Source of the DNA: Polyangiales bacterium
Lineage (GTDB): Bacteria; Myxococcota_A; Polyangia; Polyangiales; JADJQN01
Reading direction: 5' to 3'
Length of the DNA: 64,000 nt
NCBI GenBank assembly: GCA_964202905.1
Contig: CAXNJO010000002.1
Location: 320,001 to 384,000, forward strand
A model generated the notes under the pieces. The model saw nothing but the letters and a program-made list of their open reading frames with translations, had not been told where the DNA came from and did not search any database. Shown in pieces: positions 41,931 through 52,219 of the stretch. The position numbers were made by a program, and so were the translations under genes. Each line of letters opens with the position of its first letter. The stretch's first letter is position 1.

Positions 41931-44471
41931 GTGAAGATCCAACACGCCGTCCCCCTGCTCGTCCTGTCGGGCGCCGTCATGGCGGCCGGCCTCGGAGTCG
42001 CGAGCGCGCAGGACCCGCCGCAGCTGCAGGAGCGGCCGCGCATCGAGGTCACGCCGCCGCGCATCCGTCAGGGCCTGCCGCTGCAGAACGCGCCCCAACT
42101 CCCGCAGCCCTCTCTGGGCGACTCGGGCGGCGGCGGTGGCCCCGCGGCCCCCATCCAGCCCTTCGTGACGGGGATCGACTACGAGCCGATCCCGCCGGGC
42201 GCGCGCGTGACCTTCAACCTCGAGGACGCGGACCTGCCGGATCTCGTCCGCCTCATCTCGAGCATCACGGGCAAGCGCTTCATCCTCCCGGGCAAGGTCC
42301 GCAGCATCAAGGCGAGCGTCTACGCGCCGACGAAGGTGAGCGCGGCGGAGGCGTACCAGGCCTTCCTCTCGATCCTCGAGCTCAACGGGATGACGCTCGT
42401 CTCGGCGGGCCGCTACCTGAAGATCGTCGAGACCTCGGGCGTCGAGAACCTGCCCACCTCGCTATACGGCGTCGGCGAGGCGTCGCCCACCGACGACCGC
42501 TACGTGACGCGGATGCACCGCATCGAGAACGTCAGCTCGGAGGACGTCGCGACGCTGCTCGCGCGCTTCAAGTCGCGCGAGGGCAACGTCACCGCGTACG
42601 CGCCGACCAACACGATCATCATGACGGACATGGGCTCGAACATCCGCCGCATGCTGCGGATCGTCGAGGCGATCGACGTGCCGCGCAGCGGCGAGCAGGT
42701 GTGGGTCGAGCCCATCCACTACGCGAACGCGAGCGAGCTCGCGGAGCGGCTCAACGAGATCTTCCCGCCGACGACGCCGGGCTCGGGCGGCGCCGCGGCC
42801 CCGCGCGCGGCCCCGGCCGCCGCATCCCCCGGCGCCCCCGCGGGCGGCCCTGCGACGGTGGGCTCGCGCGCCGGCGAGGTGCGCATCACGAAGGTCCTGC
42901 CCGACGAGCGCACGAACTCGCTCATCATCGTCGCGACCGAGCGCGCCTACGTGCGCATCCTCGAGATGGTCCGCGCGCTCGACGTCGCGCTCGAGGGCGA
43001 GGGTCGCATCCACGTGCACTACGTGCAGCACGGCGACGCGGACGACATCGCGTCGACGCTGACGAGCATCGTCGGCGGCGGTGCAGCGGGCGGTGCGGGC
43101 GCGGCCGCAGCGGGTGGCGCCGGGCCACGTGCGGGCGGCGGCAGCCCGTTCGAGGGGCAGGTGCGGATCACCGCGCACAAGCCCACGAACTCCCTCGTCA
43201 TCACGTCGTCGCTCCACGACTACTCCGCGCTGCGCAGCGTGATCGGGCGTCTCGACGTCGAGCGCCGGCAGGTGTTCATCGAGGCCGTGATCATGGAGCT
43301 CTCCGTGCGGCGCTCGTCGAAGCTGGGCCTGAGCTTCCACGGCGGCGTGCCGGGCTTCCCCGCAGACGACTCGCTCTCCATCTTCGGCTTCAACGCGGGC
43401 ACCTCGATCAGCACGGTCAGCGCCGACTCGCTGACCGGGCTCGCGCTCGGCGTGCGCGGCCCGCAGATCCCGTCGGAGCAGCTGCAGGGGATCGGCATCT
43501 CGCTGCCCGCGTTCGGCGTCGTGCTGAACGCCATCGCGAACAGCGGCGACGCCAACGTGCTCTCGACGCCGCACCTCATCGCGATGGACAACGAGGAGGC
43601 CGAGATCAACGTCGGCGAGAACCTCCCGCTGCAGCAGTCGGGGCTCGGCGGTCTCGCGGGGCTCGCGGGCGCGGCCGGCGCGCAGGGCGGCCTCGGGGCG
43701 CTCGGCGGGCTCGGTGGGCTCGGTGGGCTCGGCGCGCTCGGCGGCGCGGTGCCCCGCCAGGACGTCGGCACCAAGATCACGATCACCCCGCACATCAACG
43801 AGGCCGACGAGATCCGCCTCGAGATCTCCGAGGAGATCAGCGAGCGCGGCGCGGTCGAGGGCGCGCTGCAGGTCGTCTCGATCACGAAGCGCAACGCGAA
43901 GACGCAGGTCGTCGTGCGCGATCAGCAGACGGTCGTCATCGGCGGCCTGATGCGCGACACGGTCAACACGTCCGAGACGAAGGTGCCGATCCTCGGGGAC
44001 ATCCCGCTCATCGGCGTGCTCTTCCGGAACACCACGCGGCAGACGCAGAAGACGAACCTCCTGCTCTTCCTCACGCCCTACATCATCCGGAATCAGGGGG
44101 ATCTGCGCGCGATCTTCGAGCGCAAGATGCGCGAGCGGCAAGAGTTCATCGATCGCTTCTTCGTGTTCGGCGATCAGGACTACGAGCCGCCCCGCGATTA
44201 CTCACGCACGCGCGGGATGCTGGGCGAGATCCTCAACGAGCTGGACACGCTCGAGGCCGAGCGGCGCCTGCTCGAAGAGGCCGCCGGGCGCCCGCCCCCG
44301 GAGCACGTCGTGCGCCCCGCGATCGGCGCGGCGCCCACGGAGAGCGGGGTGTCGCCGGGCGACACCGTGTTCTCGCCGGACGGCACGACCGAGATCGTCC
44401 CGCAGGCGGCCCCGGCCGGCCTGATGCCGACGCCATCGGGCGACGCGCGCGGGGACATCCCGCCGCAGTGA
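41931..44471 (+). CDS. gspD: T2SS secretin GspD
   Basis: N0-N3 domains; QVFIEAVIMEL, LSTPHL, VVIGGLM and KVPILGDIPLIGVLF. Confidence 0.95.
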   Translation: MKIQHAVPLLVLSGAVMAAGLGVASAQDPPQLQERPRIEVTPPRIRQGLPLQNAPQLPQPSLGDSGGGGGPAAPIQPFVTGIDYEPIPPGARVTFNLEDADLPDLVRLISSITGKRFILPGKVRSIKASVYAPTKVSAAEAYQAFLSILELNGMTLVSAGRYLKIVETSGVENLPTSLYGVGEASPTDDRYVTRMHRIENVSSEDVATLLARFKSREGNVTAYAPTNTIIMTDMGSNIRRMLRIVEAIDVPRSGEQVWVEPIHYANASELAERLNEIFPPTTPGSGGAAAPRAAPAAASPGAPAGGPATVGSRAGEVRITKVLPDERTNSLIIVATERAYVRILEMVRALDVALEGEGRIHVHYVQHGDADDIASTLTSIVGGGAAGGAGAAAAGGAGPRAGGGSPFEGQVRITAHKPTNSLVITSSLHDYSALRSVIGRLDVERRQVFIEAVIMELSVRRSSKLGLSFHGGVPGFPADDSLSIFGFNAGTSISTVSADSLTGLALGVRGPQIPSEQLQGIGISLPAFGVVLNAIANSGDANVLSTPHLIAMDNEEAEINVGENLPLQQSGLGGLAGLAGAAGAQGGLGALGGLGGLGGLGALGGAVPRQDVGTKITITPHINEADEIRLEISEEISERGAVEGALQVVSITKRNAKTQVVVRDQQTVVIGGLMRDTVNTSETKVPILGDIPLIGVLFRNTTRQTQKTNLLLFLTPYIIRNQGDLRAIFERKMRERQEFIDRFFVFGDQDYEPPRDYSRTRGMLGEILNELDTLEAERRLLEEAAGRPPPEHVVRPAIGAAPTESGVSPGDTVFSPDGTTEIVPQAAPAGLMPTPSGDARGDIPPQ

Positions 44472-44491
44472 GCGAGGGAGCGCGAGGGACC

Positions 44492-46438
44492 ATGGAGCAG
44501 CGGTACGTCGGTGAGATCCTGGTGCGTCGCGGCGCGCTCACGCCCGAAGGGCTCGAGCAGGCGCTCGGCGTCGCACGCGAGAAGAGCTCGCGGCTCACCG
44601 ACGTCCTGCTCGCGACGCGCGTCGTCGACGAGGCGCAGCTGGTGCGGGCGCTGGCCGAGGAGGTCGGCCTCGCCTTCCGCGAGAAGATCGAGACGTCGGG
44701 CGTCTCGGCGGAGTTGCTCGAGCGCATCCCGATCGCCTTCGCGCGGCAGAACCGCATCGTGCCGCTCGGCGAGCGCGACGGGCACGTCGAAGTGGCCGTC
44801 GCCGACCCGCTCAACCCCTTCCCCATCGACGATCTGCGCACGCTGCTCGGCCGCGCGATCGAGCCGATCGCGGCGCCCGGGGAGGCGATCGACGACGCGA
44901 TCAACCGCCTCTACGAGCGCAAGGACGAGAACGCGCTCGCCGACGGCAAGGAAGGCGACGACGTCGAGGAGCTTCAAGACCTCATCGACATGACGGATGA
45001 GGCCCCCGTCATCCGGTGGGTCAACAACCTCTTCTACAACGCCGTCCGCGACCGCGCGTCCGACATCCACATCGAGCCGGGCGACAAGGAAGTCCTCGTC
45101 CGCTACCGCATCGACGGCGACCTCTACCCGACGAAGACCGCACACAAGGGCTTTCTCCCGTCGATCGTCGCGCGCGTGAAGATCGAGGCCGGCCTGAACA
45201 TCGCCGAGAAGCGCCTCCCGCAGGACGGCCGCATCACGAAGAAGATCCAGGGCCGCCTCATCGACGTCCGCGTGAGCACCATCCCCACGTCGCGTGGCGA
45301 GCGCATCGTCATGCGCCTCCTCGACAAGGAGAAGGTCCTCCTCGACCTGACGGATCTCGGCTTCGACCCGGATCAGCTCCAGACGATGGAGCACTTCATC
45401 ACGCGGCCGAACGGCATCGTGCTCGTCACGGGCCCGACCGGCTCCGGCAAGACGACCACGCTCTACGCCTGCCTCAACAAGATCAACAAGCCCGACCTCA
45501 ACATCCTCACCGTCGAAGACCCGGTCGAGTACGAGCTCGCGGGCGTCGGGCAGATGCAGATCCACCCGAAGATCGGGCTCACCTTCGCGAGCGGTTTGCG
45601 CGCGTTCCTGCGCCAGGACCCGGACGTGATCATGGTCGGCGAGATCCGCGACAAGGAGACCGCCGACATCGCGATCAACGCGTCGCTCACGGGTCACCTC
45701 GTTCTCTCGACGTTGCACACCAACGACGCGGCCGGCGCGGTGACGCGCCTCGTCGACATGGACGTGCAGCCCTTCCTGATCGCCTCGTCACTGCTCGCCG
45801 TGCTCGCGCAGCGGCTCGTGCGCCGGCTCTGCCCGCACTGCCGCCAGCCCTACGAGCCGAGCGAGGCCGACCTCGAGTCGCTCGGGCTCGATCTCGCGGG
45901 CGCGCGTCGCATCCTCGACGGCCCGCCGCGCCCGGCCGCGCGTCCCGGCGCAAGCGGTGTTTCGTCGGTCGCGGAGCGCCCGGCCGCGGACCGTGACGGG
46001 GACGAGCTCGCGGCAGAGCCGACGCGCGTGCAGGGGCCGCCGCCCGTGCCCGCGGACGTCCTCGCGCGCCTGACACCGGAGCAGCGCGCGGTCATCGACT
46101 CGGCGCACACGCGACTCCGCGACGGCGACGCCAAGATCCGCACGCAGCTGGGCCTCGGCGCCGCGCCGCATCGCCCGGTGTTCTACCGCGCGGTGGGCTG
46201 CTCCGAGTGCGCGGGCACCGGCTACCGCGGGCGCCTCGGGATCTACGAGCTCTTGCAGGTCGACGAGCCGATTCGCCGCGCGATCCTCGACAACGCCGAC
46301 TCGAACACGATCTCGCGCATCGCGACGCAGCGCGGGATGCGCTCGCTCCGCGAGGACGGCGCGCGGCAGGTGCTCGCGGGGCGCACCTCGCTCGAGGACG
46401 TGCTCGCCGCGACGCAGGCCGGGGAGATGGAGGCGTAG
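44492..46438 (+). CDS. gspE: T2SS assembly ATPase GspE
   Basis: ASDIHIEP, RLPQDGR, GPTGSGKTTT, LRQDPDVIMVGEIRD, TGHLVLSTLHTN and Cys4 motif. Confidence 0.96.
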   Translation: MEQRYVGEILVRRGALTPEGLEQALGVAREKSSRLTDVLLATRVVDEAQLVRALAEEVGLAFREKIETSGVSAELLERIPIAFARQNRIVPLGERDGHVEVAVADPLNPFPIDDLRTLLGRAIEPIAAPGEAIDDAINRLYERKDENALADGKEGDDVEELQDLIDMTDEAPVIRWVNNLFYNAVRDRASDIHIEPGDKEVLVRYRIDGDLYPTKTAHKGFLPSIVARVKIEAGLNIAEKRLPQDGRITKKIQGRLIDVRVSTIPTSRGERIVMRLLDKEKVLLDLTDLGFDPDQLQTMEHFITRPNGIVLVTGPTGSGKTTTLYACLNKINKPDLNILTVEDPVEYELAGVGQMQIHPKIGLTFASGLRAFLRQDPDVIMVGEIRDKETADIAINASLTGHLVLSTLHTNDAAGAVTRLVDMDVQPFLIASSLLAVLAQRLVRRLCPHCRQPYEPSEADLESLGLDLAGARRILDGPPRPAARPGASGVSSVAERPAADRDGDELAAEPTRVQGPPPVPADVLARLTPEQRAVIDSAHTRLRDGDAKIRTQLGLGAAPHRPVFYRAVGCSECAGTGYRGRLGIYELLQVDEPIRRAILDNADSNTISRIATQRGMRSLREDGARQVLAGRTSLEDVLAATQAGEMEA

Positions 46439-46439
46439 C

Positions 46440-47663
46440 GTGGCTGTCTTCGCGTACCGCGGCGTCGATGCCGCCGGCAAGAAGGTCGCCGGAGTGCGGG
46501 ACGCGGAGAACGCGAAGGCGTTGCGCCTCGTGCTGCGCAAGGACGGCGTCCTCGTCACCGAGGTGCTCGAGGAGTCGCAGGCGCGCAAGAAGAGCGCGCG
46601 CGAGATCGACCTCAAGAAGATGCTCCGGCGCGTCTCGACGCTCGACGTCGCGGTCGCGACGCGGCAGCTCGCGACGCTGCTGAAGAGCGGCATCCCGCTC
46701 GTCGAGGGGCTGACGGCGCTCATCGACCAGCTCGAGCAGCCCGAGCTGAAGCTCGCGCTCACGCAGATCCGCGACCGCGTCAACGAGGGCACGAGCCTGC
46801 ACGAGGCGATGCGCGCGCACCCGAAGTACTTCACGCCGCTCTACGTGAACATGGTCACGGCGGGCGAGTCCTCGGGCACGCTCGACGCCGTCCTGCAGCG
46901 GCTCGCGGAGTTTCTCGAGGCCCAGGCGAAGCTCTCGAACAAGGTGCTCGGCGCGCTCGCCTACCCCATGTTCATGGTCGTGATGGGGATGGGCGTCGTC
47001 GCCGTGATGATGGTCGCGGTCGTGCCGAAGGTGACCAGCATCTTCGAGAACTTCCAGCAGGCGCTGCCCTGGTACACGCGGCTGCTGATCTTCACGAGCG
47101 AGGTCTTCACCGGGTACTGGTGGCTGCTGCTCCTCGCGATCGGCGCGAGCATCGCGGGGTTCCGTCGCTGGGTCGCGACGCCCGACGGCCGCCGCCGCTG
47201 GGACCTCTTCGTGCTGCGCGTGCCCATCTTCGGACGCCTCACGCTGATGGTCGCGGTCTCTCGCTTCGCGCGGACGCTCTCGACGCTTCTCCGCAGCGGC
47301 GTGCCGCTGCTCGGCGCGCTCGAGATCACGCGCAACGTCCTCGGCAACACCGAGCTGATGCGCGTGATCGAGGAGGCGCGGGTGTCGATCCGCGAGGGCG
47401 AGAGCATCGCCGGACCGCTCAAGCGCTCGGGGCGCTTCCCGCCGATCGTCACGCACATGATCGCGATCGGCGAGCGCTCGGGCCAGCTCGAGGAGATGCT
47501 CGAGAACGTCGCGTCCGCCTACGACAACCAGGTGGACGCGCAGATCGGGGTGATGACCTCGCTGCTCGAGCCGATCATGATCCTCCTCGTCGGCGGGATG
47601 TCGGGCGGGATCGCCTTCGCCATCCTGATCCCGCTGATGCAGATCAACGAGTTCGTGCAGTGA
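46440..47663 (+). CDS. gspF: T2SS inner membrane platform protein GspF
   Basis: TRQLATLLKSGIPL, GESSGTLD, ALAYP, GERSGQLE and LLEP. Confidence 0.95.
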   Translation: MAVFAYRGVDAAGKKVAGVRDAENAKALRLVLRKDGVLVTEVLEESQARKKSAREIDLKKMLRRVSTLDVAVATRQLATLLKSGIPLVEGLTALIDQLEQPELKLALTQIRDRVNEGTSLHEAMRAHPKYFTPLYVNMVTAGESSGTLDAVLQRLAEFLEAQAKLSNKVLGALAYPMFMVVMGMGVVAVMMVAVVPKVTSIFENFQQALPWYTRLLIFTSEVFTGYWWLLLLAIGASIAGFRRWVATPDGRRRWDLFVLRVPIFGRLTLMVAVSRFARTLSTLLRSGVPLLGALEITRNVLGNTELMRVIEEARVSIREGESIAGPLKRSGRFPPIVTHMIAIGERSGQLEEMLENVASAYDNQVDAQIGVMTSLLEPIMILLVGGMSGGIAFAILIPLMQINEFVQ

Positions 47664-47735
47664 CGGCGGCGCGACGGCACGACGCGTCCGAGTGGAACCC
47701 GGCGGGCGCACGCGGGGCGCGAGCGGAGGAAGTCT

Positions 47736-48164
47736 GTGGCGAAGGCGAGACGGACACGGCGCGGGATCTCCCTGCCTTGGGAGCGGCGCAGCGCGTGGAT
47801 CGGTCAGCTGTTCACGCGGCGGCGCTTCGGGGGCGTCGTGGGCGTCGCGCTCGCCGTCGCGGCGGTGCTCGGGCTGTGGCGGACGGCGGACGACCGCGCC
47901 CGCATCCGCGCGACGCGCGCGGCCATCGCGGTCGTGCGGCGCGGGGCCGCCGACTTCCGCGAGGATCTCGGCCGCTGCCCGCGGTCGACCGTCGAGTTGG
48001 TGCACCCGCCGCGGACGGGCGTGCGCTACCTCGCGGAGCTGCCCGTCGACGGGTGGGGGCGGCCCCTCTACGTGCGCTGTCCCGGGGAGTCGGACCCGGA
48101 GGCCATCGACGTCGTCTCGGCCGGGCCGAGCGGCGACTTCTTCATGGACGACAACGTGGAATGA
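47736..48164 (+). CDS. GspG-like protein lacking the prepilin cleavage motif
   Basis: T2SSG C-terminal motif DGWGRP..Y..PG...DVVSAGPSG...DD; TM segment but no G|xxxxE site. Confidence 0.7.
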   Translation: MAKARRTRRGISLPWERRSAWIGQLFTRRRFGGVVGVALAVAAVLGLWRTADDRARIRATRAAIAVVRRGAADFREDLGRCPRSTVELVHPPRTGVRYLAELPVDGWGRPLYVRCPGESDPEAIDVVSAGPSGDFFMDDNVE

Positions 48165-48214
48165 ACATGGCGAACCCAGGCGTCGGATCGACGGCGCAAC
48201 GCGCGGAGGGCGAG

Positions 48215-48634
48215 ATGAACCACCATTCAGTCGGGACGGGTCGGGGACGAACGGAGCGGATGGCGCGGCGGGCTGCGCGCCGCTCGCTCGAGGGCATGAC
48301 GCTCGTCGAGATCATGGTCGTCGTGATCATCATGGCGCTCATCGCCACGGCGGTGGGTGTCGCCGTGCTGCCGCAGCTCGAGAAGGCGCGCGTGAAGACG
48401 GCGAAGAGCGACGCCTCCGCGATCAGCTCGGCGGCGACCATCTGGCTCACGGACCACCCGGGCGAGTGCCCGACGGTCGCCGACCTGCGCGAGAGCGGCG
48501 AGCTCGCGCGCAACAAGGAGGCAAAGGACCCGTGGGACGGCGAATACACCATCGAGTGCGATAGCACCGACGTCACGGTGAAGTCGGCCGGTCCGGACAA
48601 GCAGGCCGGCACCGAGGACGACATCTCGGGCTGA
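48215..48634 (+). CDS. gspG: Major pseudopilin GspG
   Basis: EG|MTLVEIMVVVIIM; DPWDGEY; SAGPDKQAGTEDDI. Confidence 0.88.
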   Translation: MNHHSVGTGRGRTERMARRAARRSLEGMTLVEIMVVVIIMALIATAVGVAVLPQLEKARVKTAKSDASAISSAATIWLTDHPGECPTVADLRESGELARNKEAKDPWDGEYTIECDSTDVTVKSAGPDKQAGTEDDISG

Positions 48635-48650
48635 GCCCGCGCCCCTCGCC

Positions 48651-49379
48651 ATGCACGCCCCCAACCGCCGATCCCGCGAGGGCATGACCCTCATCGAGAT
48701 CATGGTCGCGATCGTCATCGTGGCCGTGGTCTCGACGGGCGTGACGTACGGGATGGGGCTGCTGATGCGCACGAGCCTGCGCTCGGCGTGCATGAAGATC
48801 CTCGCGGCCTCGCGCTTCGCGTACACGCGCAGCGTCTCGCACGGCGCGACGGTGCGCGTCGTGCTCGACCTCGATCAGGGCACGCTCGCGATCGAGGAAG
48901 CGCACGGGCGCGTGGCCCTCGCCCGCTCGAGCGATCCGACGCGCGCCGCCGTCGAGGCGGGCCGCGAGGACGACGCGCCCGACGACGACGGCGCCGGCGT
49001 CGATCCGTGGGCCGCGGCGGAGGCGTCTCTCGCGAGGACGCAGCGACCCTCCTTCGGCGCGTCGCCGTTCGCCCCGATCGCGAACGACGAGGGCGAGACG
49101 ATCGAGCGCTACGCGCCGCACCCGCTCGGCCGCGGCATCCGCCTGCGCCGGCTCACCGTGCCGCACGAGCCGGAGCCGCGCGAGCACGGACGTGGCGCGG
49201 TCTACTACTTCCCGGGTGGCCGCACCGAGCACGCGCTCGTGCAGGTCACGGACGGCCGCGAAGACGTCTACACGGTCGAGATCCACGCGCTCACGGGCCG
49301 CGGCTCGGTGTACACGCGCGCCTTCGAGCCACGCGAGCCCGACGACGAGGGCACCGAGCGCTCGGAGGTCGACGAATGA
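48651..49379 (+). CDS. gspH: Minor pseudopilin GspH-like
   Basis: EG|MTLIEIMV; YYFPGG; position in the operon. Confidence 0.78.
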   Translation: MHAPNRRSREGMTLIEIMVAIVIVAVVSTGVTYGMGLLMRTSLRSACMKILAASRFAYTRSVSHGATVRVVLDLDQGTLAIEEAHGRVALARSSDPTRAAVEAGREDDAPDDDGAGVDPWAAAEASLARTQRPSFGASPFAPIANDEGETIERYAPHPLGRGIRLRRLTVPHEPEPREHGRGAVYYFPGGRTEHALVQVTDGREDVYTVEIHALTGRGSVYTRAFEPREPDDEGTERSEVDE

Positions 49380-50044
49380 CCCGCGGGGCACCGGTCGCGC
49401 GGCGCAGCGCGGGGTTCACGCTGCTCGAGGTGCTCGTCGCGGTGGCGATCCTCGGGGTCGCGCTCGCGTCGATCTTCTCGAGCGAGGCGGGCGCCATCAA
49501 GGTCGCGAACCGCGCGCGGCGCAGCGCGTACGCGACGGTGCTCGCGCGCTGCAAGCTCGGGGAGATCGAAGAAGACATCTTGAAAGATGGTCTACCGGCG
49601 ATCTCCGCCGAGGACACCGACGCGTGCTGCGAGGACGCGGAGATCGAGGGCTTCACGTGCGCGTGGTCGATCGGGCGCATCGTGCTGCCCGATCAGGTCG
49701 AGGAGGAGGGCGGCGTGCTCGAGGACGACGCCGCGTCGGGGGCCGGCGGGGGTGACCCGCTCGGCGGGCAGACGCTCGACTCGCTCATGTCGGGGGGCGG
49801 CGCGTCGATGGGCGGGCTCTCCGAGATGGCGATGTCGTACACGTACCCCGTCCTCAAATCGACCATCGAGGAGCAGGTCCGGCGCGTCACCGTCGAGGTC
49901 CGCTGGCAGGAGGGCGCGCGCACGCAGTCGTTCGAAGTCGTGCAGTACGTCGTCGCGGACGCGCCCATGGCCGCGGGCACGCAGGACGCGATCGATCAGG
50001 CGATCGGCGGCGCGCAGCCCGCCCCGCCCCCGGTGCGGCCATGA
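49376..50044 (+). CDS. gspI: Minor pseudopilin GspI-like
   Basis: AG|FTLLEVLVAVAIL; VRRVTVEVRW. Confidence 0.8.
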   Translation: MTRGAPVARRSAGFTLLEVLVAVAILGVALASIFSSEAGAIKVANRARRSAYATVLARCKLGEIEEDILKDGLPAISAEDTDACCEDAEIEGFTCAWSIGRIVLPDQVEEEGGVLEDDAASGAGGGDPLGGQTLDSLMSGGGASMGGLSEMAMSYTYPVLKSTIEEQVRRVTVEVRWQEGARTQSFEVVQYVVADAPMAAGTQDAIDQAIGGAQPAPPPVRP

Positions 50045-50811
50045 GGCACGCCGCTGCGACGGCCGGGGCCGCGAAGCACGGCGCCGAGACGCACGCCGCC
50101 GCGGGGCGCGGGGACACTGCGCGCGCGGCCCGGCGGGGCATGTCGCTCGTCGAGGTGCTGATCGCGGTGACGATCCTCGCGATCATCTCGACGCTCATCT
50201 ACTCGGGCTTCGTGCAGACGGCGCGCAACAAGGCGCGCGTCGAGTCGCAGACGGATCGCGCGCTCGAGGTCACGGGTGCGCTCGAGCGCATGGCGCGGGA
50301 GCTCCAGTCGGCCTTCGTGTCGGCGCAGCTCAACCCGAGCCCGAGCCTGCAGGTGATCCGCACGGCCTTCGTCGGGACGGATCGGGGTGGCCGCGATCGC
50401 TTGGATTTCACGTCGTTTTCGCACCAGCGGCTCTACCGCAACGCGAAGGAATCCGACCAGAACGAGCTCTCGTACTTCGTCACGCGCGACCCGGAGGACG
50501 CCGAGCGCCGCGTGCTCGTGCGGCGCGAGCAGGCGCGCATCGACGACGATCCGCTCAAGGGCGGCGCGCTGCAGGTCCTGCTCCGTGACGTCGACACGTT
50601 GGAGCTCGCGTACCTCGATCCGCTCACGGGCGAGTGGGTGCGCGGCTGGGACACGACGCAGGGCGCGGGGCAGCCGAACCGTCTCCCGGCGCAGGTGAAG
50701 ATCGTGATCGGCGTCGTCAGCCGCGAGGGGCGGCGCAAGGTCTCGAAGGTCGGCACGCGCGTGTCGCTGCCGATCCGCTACGGCGTCAACCACGCGGTGT
50801 ACACGCCATGA
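50041..50811 (+). CDS. gspJ: Minor pseudopilin GspJ-like
   Basis: RG|MSLVEVLIA; W...W...LPAQVKI. Confidence 0.82.
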   Translation: MRHAAATAGAAKHGAETHAAAGRGDTARAARRGMSLVEVLIAVTILAIISTLIYSGFVQTARNKARVESQTDRALEVTGALERMARELQSAFVSAQLNPSPSLQVIRTAFVGTDRGGRDRLDFTSFSHQRLYRNAKESDQNELSYFVTRDPEDAERRVLVRREQARIDDDPLKGGALQVLLRDVDTLELAYLDPLTGEWVRGWDTTQGAGQPNRLPAQVKIVIGVVSREGRRKVSKVGTRVSLPIRYGVNHAVYTP

Positions 50812-52199
50812 CGCGGCGCGTGACTCCGGGCCCCGCGCCCCGCGCCGCGCGCGATCCGCGGCGCCGTGGCTCGGGCGACGCACGCGGCCGCGAGGGCATC
50901 GCGCTCGTCATCGCGATGACGGCCGTCGCCGTGCTCGGCGTGATGCTCGCGGACATGCACGAGAACACGAGCACCGCGTTCGTCGTCGCGACCAACCAGC
51001 GCGACACGCTGCGCGCGGAGTACCTCGCCCGCAGCTCCGTCGATCTCACGCGGATGCTCGTGATGCGCGAGCCGCAGATGCGCGCGACGGTCGCGCCCGT
51101 GTACCAGCTGCTCGTCGGGCGCCCGCCCCCGCAGCTGCCCGTGTGGACCTTCGCGGACGAGCTGCTCGCCCCGTTCTGCAACGCCGACGGGGCGAACGGC
51201 GGCCTCGACGCAGCGGGCATCGACTCGAGCGCGGTCGAGGGGCTCGGCAAGACGGGCGGCGCCTGCTCGGTCGTCGCCGTCGCCGAGAACAGCAAGACGA
51301 ACGTCAACGACCCACTGAACCTCGACGCGGACGCCGCGCGGCAGAGCATGGCGATGCAGGTCTTCGCGATGCTCGGCGGGTACCAGGCGCCGAGCCCGTA
51401 CGACCCGCTCTTCGAGAAGCGCGACGCCGAGGGGCAGTTCAACACGCGGCTCGACGTGATCTCCGCGCTCGCCGACTGGTGGGACCCGGACCAGGAGCGC
51501 ACGCAGTTCGATCCCGGCGCGTCGACGGTGACCTCGGGCGGCGGCGAGGACGAGATCTACCGGCGTTACCGCGATCCCTACGTGATCAAGAACGCGCCCT
51601 TCGACTCGCTCGAGGAAGTGCGCCTCGTGCGCGGCGTCTCGGACGATTTCTGGGCGACGTTCGTGCAGCCGGACCCGGACGACCTGCGCGCGGAGCGGCT
51701 CACCATCTACGGGTCGGGCGCGGTGAACCCGAACGAGGCGCCGCCGGAGGTCATGCTCGCGCGGCTCTGCTCGTTCCGCGGCTTGACGGATCAGCCGCTC
51801 TGCAGCGACCCGCTCGAGGCCGCGAAGTTCATCCAGCTCGTGCGCACGGTGCGCTCAATCTTCCCGGTGCCGTTCTTCACGCGCTCGGGCGACTTCCTCA
51901 ACTTCGTCGAAGGGCGCGGGGGCGCGCAGGACCTCTACCCGCTGCTGCTCGGCATGCTCGGCCCGCAGAACCCGCTGGTCTTCCGCCCCGTGACGATCCC
52001 GCCCGACGTGCGCGGCCCCGTCGACAACGCCTTCGTCACCGCCGCGCGCATCCTCACGATCCGCGGCGAGGGACGCGTGGGGCGCGCGCGCGTCCGGATC
52101 CGCACGGTCGCGAACTTCCACGATCGCTGGACTCCGCCTCCGCCGAACGCCGGCTCGATGCCCGCGCTCGGCATCTTCCACTACTACCGGATCGACTAG
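50808..52199 (+). CDS. gspK: Minor pseudopilin GspK
   Basis: EG|IALVIAM with no Glu+5; DWWDPD; KNAPFDSLEEVRLVRGV; VNPNEAP. Confidence 0.88.
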   Translation: MTRRVTPGPAPRAARDPRRRGSGDARGREGIALVIAMTAVAVLGVMLADMHENTSTAFVVATNQRDTLRAEYLARSSVDLTRMLVMREPQMRATVAPVYQLLVGRPPPQLPVWTFADELLAPFCNADGANGGLDAAGIDSSAVEGLGKTGGACSVVAVAENSKTNVNDPLNLDADAARQSMAMQVFAMLGGYQAPSPYDPLFEKRDAEGQFNTRLDVISALADWWDPDQERTQFDPGASTVTSGGGEDEIYRRYRDPYVIKNAPFDSLEEVRLVRGVSDDFWATFVQPDPDDLRAERLTIYGSGAVNPNEAPPEVMLARLCSFRGLTDQPLCSDPLEAAKFIQLVRTVRSIFPVPFFTRSGDFLNFVEGRGGAQDLYPLLLGMLGPQNPLVFRPVTIPPDVRGPVDNAFVTAARILTIRGEGRVGRARVRIRTVANFHDRWTPPPPNAGSMPALGIFHYYRID

Positions 52200-52219
52200 G
52201 TCCGAGGAGACGCACGCAG

